Shown: one piece after another, positions 25,890-34,909 of the stretch | Layout: the number at the start of each line of letters is the position of its first letter | Numbering within the stretch: position 1 is the first letter of the stretch | DNA from: a bacterium | Lineage (GTDB): Bacteria; UBA10199; 2-02-FULL-50-16; JAJFLM01 | DNA: 64,000 nt | Direction: 5' to 3' | Assembly (NCBI GenBank): GCA_965216315.1 | Contig: CBDCFN010000016.1 | Span: 2,176,001 to 2,240,000, forward strand | Translations under genes and position numbers: made by a program | The notes under the pieces: model-generated | Database searches by the model: none | Seen by the model: only the letters and a program-made list of their open reading frames with translations | Told to the model about the DNA's origin: nothing

Positions 25890-28800
25890 ATGATGCGGAT
25901 TAAAATCATCACCAGCTTATTTGTAACTTTGACGTCACTGACATTCATCGGTCAGGCCAACGCGGCTTGGAGCGAGTATTTTTGTGACATCATTAACGGC
26001 AGTGCCAGCGCGCTCAATTCGGCAATCAACCACTACAATGCGAGTGGCGACGACCGGATGTGTAAAAAAGGGATCCGCTTTAAAGAGGCCCAGCACATCG
26101 CATTACCGGACGGTATTAGCATCACCCAGAGCCCGCCATCAGGCGAGACCTACGGCGTGGCGATTCGCCGCTGCTCCACGTCTGAAATTAACTGCCCGGA
26201 TCTCAGCGATACCGCGGTGAAGCTCGATTTCTCCGATTACACCAACGACAACGGCGATTGCCCGATTAAGGTTTCCAACGGTGCTAAAATTGATATTTTG
26301 AACCTCCAGATTACCGTCCCCAATAAGGACCGGGCCATCTGCACGGCGAGTGGTGACCCTATCGCTTTAGAAGATCAAAGCAATGACTATGCCTGGATCC
26401 ACAATGTGACGATTATTCAATCGACTCCGGTTGATCCTCATGATGATTGCTCCGCGGCGGACAACCCCGACGAGCCTGATAGTGACAACGATGGTGAAAT
26501 CGATTCGTGTGATGATGATGACGACAACGACGGAGTTACGGATGACGAAGACCAGTGTCCTAACGAAGCCGGTACGGTGATCCTCAAAGGCTGCCCCGAG
26601 GCGAATTGGTGCCTTGATATGAGCACCGGCGATGTCCTCCCGAAAGAGGGCGTTGATACCGACGGTGACGGCCTCGATGACGCCTGTGACAATTGTGACG
26701 ACCAAGACAGTGACGGCGTCTGCTCTGACGTTGATAATTGCCCAGATGACGCCAACCATGACCAGACCGACACCGACGGCGACTTAGACGGTGACGCCTG
26801 TGATGACGACGACGACGATGACGGCGTCCTCGACGGCGACGACAATTGTCCGCTGGATGTGAACGCCGGCCAAGAAGATACCGATGAAGATGGTCTCGGT
26901 GACGAGTGTGACGATGACGACAGCACGGGTGATTCCGATAGTGACGGCATCTGTGACGGCGCAATCGCGATCGGCACCTTCTGTGATGCCGGTCCAGATA
27001 ACTGCATCGATGACCCGAATCCCGGCCAAGAAGATGCGGACGGTGACACGATCGGTGACGTCTGTGATCCGGATGACGACAACGACGGCATCGTGGATGC
27101 AGTCGATAACTGTCCTTTAGATGCAAATTTTGATCAAACCAATACGGACGGCCTGCCGGATGGTGGCGACGCCTGTGACGCGGATGACGACGAAGACGGC
27201 GTCCCGGATGTGGGCGATGACTGTCCGCTGGATGCGTTAGACAGCGTCGACACGGATGGTGACGGCCTCTGCGACAACGCCGAAGGCGTACTCGGCACGA
27301 GCCCGGTCAATCCCGACACGGATGGCGACGACTATTGTGACGGCCCCAACATCGTGTTGGCCTTCTGTTCCAACCCGAATGACAACTGTCCGATTGACGC
27401 CAATCCGGGGCAGGAAGACGGAGACCTTGACGGGATCGGCGATGCCTGTGACGAAGTCCCGGCCCTACCCGATGCCGATGGCGATCTCATCCCGGATGTA
27501 ATTGACAACTGTCCCGGAGTGGCTTCGCTGGACCTGACGGATACCGATCTCGACGGTCTCGGCAATATCTGCGACCCGGATAATGACAACGATACGATTC
27601 TTGATGACGGCGATGGATCGCTGGTTGAAGGTGATAACACCTGTGTCGGTGGCAACACGGTCGCCTGTGATGACAACTGTCCGCTCATTGCCAATGCAGG
27701 CCAAGAAGATGCCGACAACGACGGCATCGGTGATGTCTGTGACTTCGGTGGGGGCGGTTTCGTGGACTCGGACCTCGACGGCATTCAAGATGCGATCGAC
27801 AACTGCCCGCTTACACCGTCGTTGGATCTGACAGACACCGACCTCGACGGTCAAGGCGATGTCTGCGATCCGGACAATGACAATGACACGATTCTTGATG
27901 ACGGCGACGGTTCGCTGATTGAAGGCGATGCCCCCTGTGTCGGCGGCAACGTCGTCGCCTGTGACGATAACTGTCCGTTTATTGCCAATCCTTTGCAGGC
28001 CGACGCGGATGCCGATGGCATCGGTGACGCCTGTGATTTCGGCTTGATAGATGCGGATGGCGACCTCATCCCGGATGCGGTCGACAACTGTCCGGCCCTT
28101 CCCTCACTGGATCTGAATGACACGGATCTGGATGGTCAGGGCAATCCTTGTGATCCCGACGATGATGGCGATGGCGTCCTCGACGGCGTTGACAACTGTC
28201 CATTTACCGCCAACCCCGGCCAGGAAGATGCCGACATTGACGGCACCGGTGACGTCTGTGACTTTGATGGCGGCGTCGTCGATACCGATGGCGATCTGAT
28301 TCCGGACTCCATCGATAACTGTCCGGCGGTTCCTTCATTGGATCTAGCCGATACAGACATGGATGGCCAAGGGAACCCGTGTGATACCGATGATGATGGC
28401 GACGGCGTCCTCGACGGCGTCGACAACTGCCCACTCACCCCCAACCCCGGTCAGGAAGATACCGATACCGACGGTACCGGTGACGTCTGTGACGTGGACG
28501 GCGGTGGCGGCGGTTTCGACGATGACGACGGGGACGGAATTCCCAATGTCTTCGATAACTGTCCCGCAGTCCCGTCAACGGACCTGAATGATACGGACAA
28601 CGACGGCCTCGGCAATCCTTGCGATGACGATGACGACGGCGACGGCGTGCTCGACGGCGTCGACAACTGCCCGTTCGTTTCGAACGCCGGTCAGGCCGAC
28701 GCTGACATCGACGGCATCGGTGATGCCTGTGATACCGGCGCGGACGATGACGATTCGGACGGCATCCCCAATGCGGTCGACAACTGTCCGAATGAAGCAT

Positions 28801-29756
28801 CACTCGACTTGACGGATACGGACGGCGACGGCGACGGCAATCCTTGTGATACCGACGATGACGACGACGGTGTCCTTGACGGCGCCGACAACTGCCCGTT
28901 CGCCGCCAATCCGGGCCAGGAAGATACCGACATGGATGGTATCGGTGACATCTGCGATAGCGGCGATGTGGTCGGAGTGACCGACACGGATGGCGACGGT
29001 GTCGACGATCCGGACGACAACTGTGTCCAGACCCCCAATGCGGATCAAACCGATTCGGATGATGATGGCAGCGGGGATGCCTGCGATATCGATAGCGCAA
29101 CAGCAAGCGATATCGACGGCGACGGACACAATAACGACGTCGACAACTGTGCCCAAATTGCCAACCCGGGCCAGGAAGACAGCGATGGCGACGGCGTCGG
29201 CGATGTCTGTGAAGGAAATCTGGCCGTAAGTGGCACGGATAGTGATGGCGACGGACTTACCGATGAAGTCGAAATCAACGTCACATTTACAGATCCGAAT
29301 GATACGGACTCCGATGATGACGGCATCAACGATCTGGATGAAGTCACGAGCTTCTCCGATCCTAACCATGCCGACATCGACGACGACGATATCTGCGACG
29401 GCATCATTGCCCTCGAGGGAATCTGTAACAGCGGCCCGGACAACTGCCCCTTGGTCACCAATCCCGACCAGGTTGACAGCGACGGCAATGGTGTCGGCGA
29501 TGTCTGCGAAGGCGATGCGGACGGCGACGGTGTCCCCAACGAAGGCGACAACTGTCCTATCGTCAGCAACGACAACCAAGCGGACGATGACCAAGACGGC
29601 ATCGGTAATGCCTGCGACACCAGCCCAGGCAGCCTCTCCTCCGGTGGAGGTTGTAGCTTGAGCCCGAGTGCTGCGAGCCACACTCCGACCGTACTTTGGC
29701 TGATGCTACTCGCTGTAGGAGCCCTACTCGGCTTTCGCAGAGATGCCGCTAAGTAA
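25890..29756 (+). CDS. Secreted thrombospondin type 3 (TSP3) repeat surface protein with MYXO-CTERM-like tail
   Basis: Signal peptide (..QANA); many DNCP..NP.Q.D.D.DG.GDACD repeats; C-terminal GGGCSL + TM + RR. Confidence 0.92.
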   Translation: MMRIKIITSLFVTLTSLTFIGQANAAWSEYFCDIINGSASALNSAINHYNASGDDRMCKKGIRFKEAQHIALPDGISITQSPPSGETYGVAIRRCSTSEINCPDLSDTAVKLDFSDYTNDNGDCPIKVSNGAKIDILNLQITVPNKDRAICTASGDPIALEDQSNDYAWIHNVTIIQSTPVDPHDDCSAADNPDEPDSDNDGEIDSCDDDDDNDGVTDDEDQCPNEAGTVILKGCPEANWCLDMSTGDVLPKEGVDTDGDGLDDACDNCDDQDSDGVCSDVDNCPDDANHDQTDTDGDLDGDACDDDDDDDGVLDGDDNCPLDVNAGQEDTDEDGLGDECDDDDSTGDSDSDGICDGAIAIGTFCDAGPDNCIDDPNPGQEDADGDTIGDVCDPDDDNDGIVDAVDNCPLDANFDQTNTDGLPDGGDACDADDDEDGVPDVGDDCPLDALDSVDTDGDGLCDNAEGVLGTSPVNPDTDGDDYCDGPNIVLAFCSNPNDNCPIDANPGQEDGDLDGIGDACDEVPALPDADGDLIPDVIDNCPGVASLDLTDTDLDGLGNICDPDNDNDTILDDGDGSLVEGDNTCVGGNTVACDDNCPLIANAGQEDADNDGIGDVCDFGGGGFVDSDLDGIQDAIDNCPLTPSLDLTDTDLDGQGDVCDPDNDNDTILDDGDGSLIEGDAPCVGGNVVACDDNCPFIANPLQADADADGIGDACDFGLIDADGDLIPDAVDNCPALPSLDLNDTDLDGQGNPCDPDDDGDGVLDGVDNCPFTANPGQEDADIDGTGDVCDFDGGVVDTDGDLIPDSIDNCPAVPSLDLADTDMDGQGNPCDTDDDGDGVLDGVDNCPLTPNPGQEDTDTDGTGDVCDVDGGGGGFDDDDGDGIPNVFDNCPAVPSTDLNDTDNDGLGNPCDDDDDGDGVLDGVDNCPFVSNAGQADADIDGIGDACDTGADDDDSDGIPNAVDNCPNEASLDLTDTDGDGDGNPCDTDDDDDGVLDGADNCPFAANPGQEDTDMDGIGDICDSGDVVGVTDTDGDGVDDPDDNCVQTPNADQTDSDDDGSGDACDIDSATASDIDGDGHNNDVDNCAQIANPGQEDSDGDGVGDVCEGNLAVSGTDSDGDGLTDEVEINVTFTDPNDTDSDDDGINDLDEVTSFSDPNHADIDDDDICDGIIALEGICNSGPDNCPLVTNPDQVDSDGNGVGDVCEGDADGDGVPNEGDNCPIVSNDNQADDDQDGIGNACDTSPGSLSSGGGCSLSPSAASHTPTVLWLMLLAVGALLGFRRDAAK

Positions 29757-29781
29757 AGACGCTAAATAGATTGAAATTATC

Positions 29782-29822
29782 CCCCCGTGAGATAAGGAAT
29801 TATCTCACGGGGGTTTTATTTT
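29782..29822 (+). terminator. Intrinsic terminator
   Basis: CCCCCGTGAGATAA-GGAA-TTATCTCACGGGGG followed by TTTTATTTT. Confidence 0.85.
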
Positions 29823-29940
29823 CGAAGAAAGTTGCAAATCTAATACCTTCGGCTTTAGCTCTTTGATTTTATTAATTAATTCGCCTATTCCGAAATGAGG
29901 AGTGTTTGCATCAATCTCACGATAATTCCCGCTGTTACTA

Positions 29941-29967
29941 GCAACTTTTTGTAAACCCACCCGATAA
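29941..29967 (+). promoter_or_regulatory. sigma-28-like bipartite promoter motif (plus strand)
   Basis: GCAACTTT-TTGTAAACCCA-CCCGATAA, oriented toward ATG 30055. Confidence 0.8.
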
Positions 29968-30054
29968 TTTCACACAGCGAGCGAAAGGTTTATTCAAAGT
30001 GAATCTGTGCGAGCTGAATCGCTATTGGACATAGGACTTTTAGGAGGACGCACC

Positions 30055-32403
30055 ATGAAAGGCTTCAAAAATATTTTAACCGTATTGGCTCTTGCCGTAC
30101 TTTGCGGGACCGCATCACAAGCGGATGCCGCGTGGGGAGACGATTTTTGTGACATCGTCAACGGCAGTGCTAACGCATTAAAAACGGCCATTAATCAATA
30201 TCATGACGCTGACGAAGGCTTGAGGCAGTGTCGCAAAGGTATCCGTTTTAAGGCGGAACAGACGATTGTCATCCCGGAGGGATTTACAATTACAGCGGGC
30301 CCGCCAAGCGGGAGTACTTACGGTACAAAGATCCGCCGCTGCTCCGCGGAAGAAATCGGCTGTCCTGGTCTGAGTAATACAGCGGTCGTAATTGATGCCT
30401 CCGGTTACACGGAAGATAACGGTAATTGTCCTATTAAAGTCGGCCCCGGTGCAATGCTCGACTTTCTTAATTTTAAACTCATCGTCCCCAATGCTGATAT
30501 GGCTATTTGTACAACGGGTGGCGAAGCGATTCCCCTAGAAGACCAAGAAAATAGTTACGCCTGGATCCACAACGTCACGATTGAAGAAAGTGATGGCCCT
30601 GGACCGGGACCGACCGATAGCGATGGTGACGGGCACGACGATCCTGATGACAACTGCCCGAATGTTCCAAATCCGGGCCAAGAAGATACGGACGGTGACG
30701 GACACGGTGATGCCTGTGATGATTGTACCGACACGGACGAAGACGGCTTCTGCGAAGAAGGTGGCGCCGATGAATGTCCGGATGTCGCCGGCACCGACAA
30801 CGGTTGCCCCTGCACTGATCCAGATAGTGATGGTTTTTGTAATGAAGATGGCGAAGACGAATGTCCGGACGAAGCCGGAACGCTGAATGGCTGCCCGGAT
30901 GAAGACGGCGATGGCATTCCCGATGATGAAGACCTCTGCCCGGGAACGATCGCAAAAGCCATGATGATGTATAAATTGAGCAAGAGTGGCTACCAAACTC
31001 AATTCAAGACGATTGAGGTCAGAGGCCAATATCTCGCCATACAAATGGGCAATCCCGTTCCCGCTGGACCGATTCCTGGTCCTGGCTCGATTAAATCGAA
31101 TCATGACGGCGGCGGTGAAGACTGTGGTTTCGCCCTGACCCAAACCGGTGACATGGACGGCGACTGTGAAGGCGCCCCTGAAGGCACCGCTTGTGGTGAC
31201 GCCTGTGATGACGACATCGATGGCGATGGACTTGCGAACGGTGTTGATGTCTGCCCCTGTGATGAAGATTGTGATGACGATGGTGTCAACGACAATGAAG
31301 ATGCCTGTCCGCTGGATGAATCCGCGATTACGGAGCCCTGTGTGCCTCCGACTGATCCTATCGATCAAGACGCGGATGATGACGGCCTTGAAGACAGCGC
31401 CGAAGAAAGCATCGGAACCGATCCGAATGATCCGGATTCCGACGACGACGGCATCTGTGACGGACCGTTGAATGTCGGTACGGAATGTATCGGCGGACCG
31501 GACTGTGCGCCGCTGAATCCTGATAAGGGACCTGGTGAGACCTGTTTTGATTCGGTCAACCCCGGCCTAGTCGATTCTGATGGTGATGGTCTCAGTCTCA
31601 ACAAGGAAATTGAGATCGGCACGGATCCGAACAACCCGGATACGGACGGTGATGGCACCAACGACGGCAATGACTGTGCTCCATTAAATGCTGACGTCTC
31701 TGAAGACTGTGGACCGCTCCCAAGTGTGAGTGGCGGCGTCGACAGCGATGGTGACGGTCTGCCTGATGACATTGAACAAAATGTAACCAATACCGACCCG
31801 AATAATGCGGACACAGACGGCGATGGTATCAGTGACGGCGACGAAGTCTTAAAGGCGCCTCGAACGGATCCTCGCAATGCTGACTCCGACGGCGACGGCA
31901 TCTGTGACGGCGGCACGGCTGTCGACACAGAAGTCCCTGCTGAAGTTGAAGGCGAAGATCCCACAACCGTATCGGTTTGTGTGCCTCAGGCCGACGGCAT
32001 TGGCGACAACTGTCCGCTCGTTGTTAACCCGGATCAGGTAGACGACAACGACGACGGCATCGGTGACGCCTGTCAGCTTGATACAGACGGCGACGGGGTA
32101 GTTGATGCCCTTGATAGTGACGGTGACGGTGTTGCCGACAAGGACGGTGACGGTAATGACCTCGACAACTGTCCTTTTGATTCCAATCCGATTGAGCCTG
32201 GCCAAGAAGCGCAGGGCGATCAAGACGGTGATGGCATCGGGGATGCGTGTGACTCTGACTTTGCGGCTCTCTCCAGTGGTGGCTGTGGCTGCCGTATCGA
32301 TGGAGTCAGTGGAAGTCCTGCAGACGTAATCCCATTCTTGATCCTAATGCTGCCGATCGTCATCTTCCGGATGACGCGCAAGAAATCGGAGGCCCAGGCC
32401 TAA
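30055..32403 (+). CDS. Secreted TSP3 repeat protein with MYXO-CTERM-like tail (paralogue of 25890)
   Basis: Start moved to MKGFKN (RBS AGGAGG); signal peptide ..QADA; shared Cys-rich N-domain; GGCGC + TM + RKK. Confidence 0.92.
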   Translation: MKGFKNILTVLALAVLCGTASQADAAWGDDFCDIVNGSANALKTAINQYHDADEGLRQCRKGIRFKAEQTIVIPEGFTITAGPPSGSTYGTKIRRCSAEEIGCPGLSNTAVVIDASGYTEDNGNCPIKVGPGAMLDFLNFKLIVPNADMAICTTGGEAIPLEDQENSYAWIHNVTIEESDGPGPGPTDSDGDGHDDPDDNCPNVPNPGQEDTDGDGHGDACDDCTDTDEDGFCEEGGADECPDVAGTDNGCPCTDPDSDGFCNEDGEDECPDEAGTLNGCPDEDGDGIPDDEDLCPGTIAKAMMMYKLSKSGYQTQFKTIEVRGQYLAIQMGNPVPAGPIPGPGSIKSNHDGGGEDCGFALTQTGDMDGDCEGAPEGTACGDACDDDIDGDGLANGVDVCPCDEDCDDDGVNDNEDACPLDESAITEPCVPPTDPIDQDADDDGLEDSAEESIGTDPNDPDSDDDGICDGPLNVGTECIGGPDCAPLNPDKGPGETCFDSVNPGLVDSDGDGLSLNKEIEIGTDPNNPDTDGDGTNDGNDCAPLNADVSEDCGPLPSVSGGVDSDGDGLPDDIEQNVTNTDPNNADTDGDGISDGDEVLKAPRTDPRNADSDGDGICDGGTAVDTEVPAEVEGEDPTTVSVCVPQADGIGDNCPLVVNPDQVDDNDDGIGDACQLDTDGDGVVDALDSDGDGVADKDGDGNDLDNCPFDSNPIEPGQEAQGDQDGDGIGDACDSDFAALSSGGCGCRIDGVSGSPADVIPFLILMLPIVIFRMTRKKSEAQA

Positions 32404-32429
32404 GCCAGTATTGGGGGAGGTAACATACG

Positions 32430-33326
32430 ATGAAGACTTGGATGAAACATATAGTATTAATCGCGGCCTTCGCGCTGATTCCGGCCCTTGCTGTGGCAAT
32501 GCCCACAACATACGACGTCGACGGCGATGGCATCGAAAACAACCACGACAATTGTCCTGACCATAGCAATGCAGGTCAAGAGGACAACGACGACGATGGT
32601 TTCGGCGATGTCTGTGACGGAGACGACGACAACGACGGCGTCTCCGACCTCGGCGAAGTCGCCCTGGAAACGGATCCGATGGACCCGGACACGGACGATG
32701 ATGGTCTGACCGACTTGTTCGATTGTGCCCCGACGGATCCCGAGAAGTACACCTATGAAGACTGCTGGCTCCTCGTGGAAGACACGGGTGGTGACAACGG
32801 CGGCAACAATGGTGGCAATAACGGTGGCGGCAACAACGGCGGCGGCAACCCGAACGTCAATCCCGTCGACTCGGACGGCGATGGTTGTTTTGACGATATC
32901 GAAATCGGCATGCACACGGATCCATTAGATCCGGATACCGACGGTGACGGCGTTCCTGACTGCAATGACAATTGCCCCATCGTGAACAACCCCGGGCAAG
33001 AAGAGTCAGAACCTACTTCCAACGTCGGTATTGCCTGCGAAGGTGACTACGATGGAGATGGAGTTCCCGACGCAGACGACAATTGCATCTACGATCCGAA
33101 TCCCTTTCAGTTGGATTCCGATATCGATGGTGTCGGTAACGTCTGTGACCCGGATTCGGAAGACTTTGGCGGTCCAGAACCCCTGGTCAATGTTCAAGGT
33201 GGCGGTGGCTCCGGTGGCGGCTGTTCCTTAGCAGCCGAAACCACCACAAACCTGGCTCACCGTGGCACCCTGTTGCTATTAGTCATTTCGTTATTCGGAC
33301 TCGGAATGAGTCGAAAAAAGTTATAA
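32430..33326 (+). CDS. Small secreted TSP3 repeat protein with GGGCSL-TM tail
   Basis: RBS GGAGG; signal peptide; TSP3 repeats; GGNN linker; GGGCSL...LLLLVISLFGLGMSRKK. Confidence 0.9.
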   Translation: MKTWMKHIVLIAAFALIPALAVAMPTTYDVDGDGIENNHDNCPDHSNAGQEDNDDDGFGDVCDGDDDNDGVSDLGEVALETDPMDPDTDDDGLTDLFDCAPTDPEKYTYEDCWLLVEDTGGDNGGNNGGNNGGGNNGGGNPNVNPVDSDGDGCFDDIEIGMHTDPLDPDTDGDGVPDCNDNCPIVNNPGQEESEPTSNVGIACEGDYDGDGVPDADDNCIYDPNPFQLDSDIDGVGNVCDPDSEDFGGPEPLVNVQGGGGSGGGCSLAAETTTNLAHRGTLLLLVISLFGLGMSRKKL

Positions 33327-33351
33327 CGCCTTTAGTGGATCTTGGGAATTG

Positions 33352-33392
33352 CCCCGTGGGATCGGTTTAACCGCCATCCCACGGGGTTTTTT
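33352..33392 (+). terminator. Intrinsic terminator (same family as 21086-21127)
   Basis: CCCCGTGGGAT...ATCCCACGGGG followed by TTTTTT, between convergent genes. Confidence 0.8.
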
Positions 33393-33585
33393 ATTCGTCT
33401 TTTTTCTCCGGAAAGGGAACAACTGTTCCATCACTTATATCGACAGGTCCGCCTTTGACTCGATACTCCTCACTCACCCACTTGCCAAAATCAACCAGCT
33501 TACACCGCTCCGAGCAGAAGGGGCGATAGGGGTTATCCTTCCATTCGATCTCTTTTTTACAGTGTGGACAGCGCGCCTGGGACAT
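33391..33585 (-). CDS. yacG: DNA gyrase inhibitor YacG
   Basis: CPHC...PFCSERCKLVDFGKW zinc finger; start taken at MSQARC. Confidence 0.92.
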   Translation of the reverse strand: MSQARCPHCKKEIEWKDNPYRPFCSERCKLVDFGKWVSEEYRVKGGPVDISDGTVVPFPEKKDE

Positions 33586-33602
33586 AATAGTTTTATAGCC
33601 CC

Positions 33603-34847
33603 ATGAGCCCATCAGATGCAATAGCGGTCTACGTTCACATTCCCTTCTGTGAGGTCAAGTGCGGCTATTGCGACTTTTACAGCGTACCGCGAGGATACCA
33701 GGAATTTGATCTACAAGAGAAATATGTCGCGGCGCTGTGTCGGGAGATTGAAATGCGGTCGACCTCCCCTAACCCCTCCTTCGTAAGGAGGGGAACACGC
33801 GTGAACTCCATCTTCTTCGGCGGCGGCACCCCTTCCCTGCTCCGCCCTGACCTCTTAGAACGCATCCTCGTCACTCTTGCAGAATATTTTCAGTGGGATC
33901 AGACGACGGAAATCACGATGGAATGCAACCCAAAGACAATAGATCTGGAGGGCCTACGCGAACGTCGTTCACTGGGCATCAATCGCCTGTCCCTTGGCGT
34001 TCAATCCTTCCAAGATCATTTTCTCAAGAGACTGGGGCGCATCCATAGCGGCCAGGAAGCCAAACAGACTATTTTAGCGGCACAGCAAGCCGGCTTTGAA
34101 AATGTTAATTTTGATCTGATTTTTGCACTACCAGGCCAATCACACGATGACTGGAAACAGGATCTAGAAATAGCACTGGACCTGGGAACACCGCATTTGT
34201 CTTGCTATGCCTTAACGATTGAACCGGGGACACCCTTTGAAAAACTGTATGGCCGCGTAGGGTCGGAGTCAGCCCTACCCAGCGATGACATCGCATTACA
34301 GCAATTCTGGTACACCCGCGAACGTCTAACCCAAGCCGGCCTTGAGGCCTATGAAATTTCCAACTTCGCCCGCCCGGGCTATGAATGTCGCCATAATCAG
34401 CATTACTGGAACTATGGAGAGTACGTCGGCTTCGGTGTCTCCGCTGCGTCTTTCTATAAAATCCCCCCCTTTGTAAAGGGGGGCCAGGGGGGATTTAAAC
34501 GCACGGCAAACGCGCGTGATCTGCAAAAATATATCGATGGTGACTATCAAATAGAAATTGATCCGATTGAGCAAATAACCGCCCAAGGCGAATTCGTCAT
34601 GCTGGCATTGCGCACCCGTGAAGGCCTATCCGAACGGCACTTTAGAGAACTATTTGGAGAGGAATTTACCGAGGTATTTGAAGAGGTGTTATCGCCGTTA
34701 AAGGAACAGCACCCGTCCTCCGCAGTAGCTACTGCTACGGAGGGGGAAGCGGCGCCCCTGCATCATGACCAGGGTCATTGGAAATTGACGGACCGCGGAC
34801 TCGAAGTCGCGGATACAGTGATCTCCCCCTTTGTAAAGGGGGACTAA
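33603..34847 (+). CDS. hemW: Radical SAM heme chaperone HemW (HemN-like)
   Basis: YVHIPFC..KC.YCDF, GGGTPS, YEISNF, HN..YW; carries in-frame palindromic insertions. Confidence 0.88.
   Translation: MSPSDAIAVYVHIPFCEVKCGYCDFYSVPRGYQEFDLQEKYVAALCREIEMRSTSPNPSFVRRGTRVNSIFFGGGTPSLLRPDLLERILVTLAEYFQWDQTTEITMECNPKTIDLEGLRERRSLGINRLSLGVQSFQDHFLKRLGRIHSGQEAKQTILAAQQAGFENVNFDLIFALPGQSHDDWKQDLEIALDLGTPHLSCYALTIEPGTPFEKLYGRVGSESALPSDDIALQQFWYTRERLTQAGLEAYEISNFARPGYECRHNQHYWNYGEYVGFGVSAASFYKIPPFVKGGQGGFKRTANARDLQKYIDGDYQIEIDPIEQITAQGEFVMLALRTREGLSERHFRELFGEEFTEVFEEVLSPLKEQHPSSAVATATEGEAAPLHHDQGHWKLTDRGLEVADTVISPFVKGD
33759..33795. repeat. REP-like palindrome in frame inside hemW (STSPNPSFVRRG)
   Basis: 36/37 nt identical to intergenic 4272-4308. 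Confidence 0.85.
34461..34498. repeat. REP-like palindrome in frame inside hemW (IPPFVKGGQGGF)
   Basis: CCCCCCTTTGTAAAGGGGGG-CCAGGGGGGATTTAA, a variant of the 2968/34822 element. Confidence 0.85.
34707..34761. repeat. Composite REP-like element in frame inside hemW (HPSSAVATATEGEAAPL)
   Basis: Matches the reverse complement of ~48195-48250. Confidence 0.8.
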
Positions 34848-34906
34848 GGGGGATTTAATTTACATTAGTTTAAATCCCTCCTAACCTCCCTTTACAAAAG
34901 AGAGGA
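34822..34906. repeat. REP/REPIN doublet that supplies the hemW stop codon
   Basis: Arms identical to those of 2968-3066; TAA at 34845-34847 lies inside the element. Confidence 0.85.
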
Positions 34907-34909
34907 ATG

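Noticed and set aside
25984..33231. Many Ser-rich, Met/Thr-rich and Arg/His-rich alternative-frame ORFs
   Set aside because: Shadows of the GAC/GAT-rich TSP3 coding repeats.
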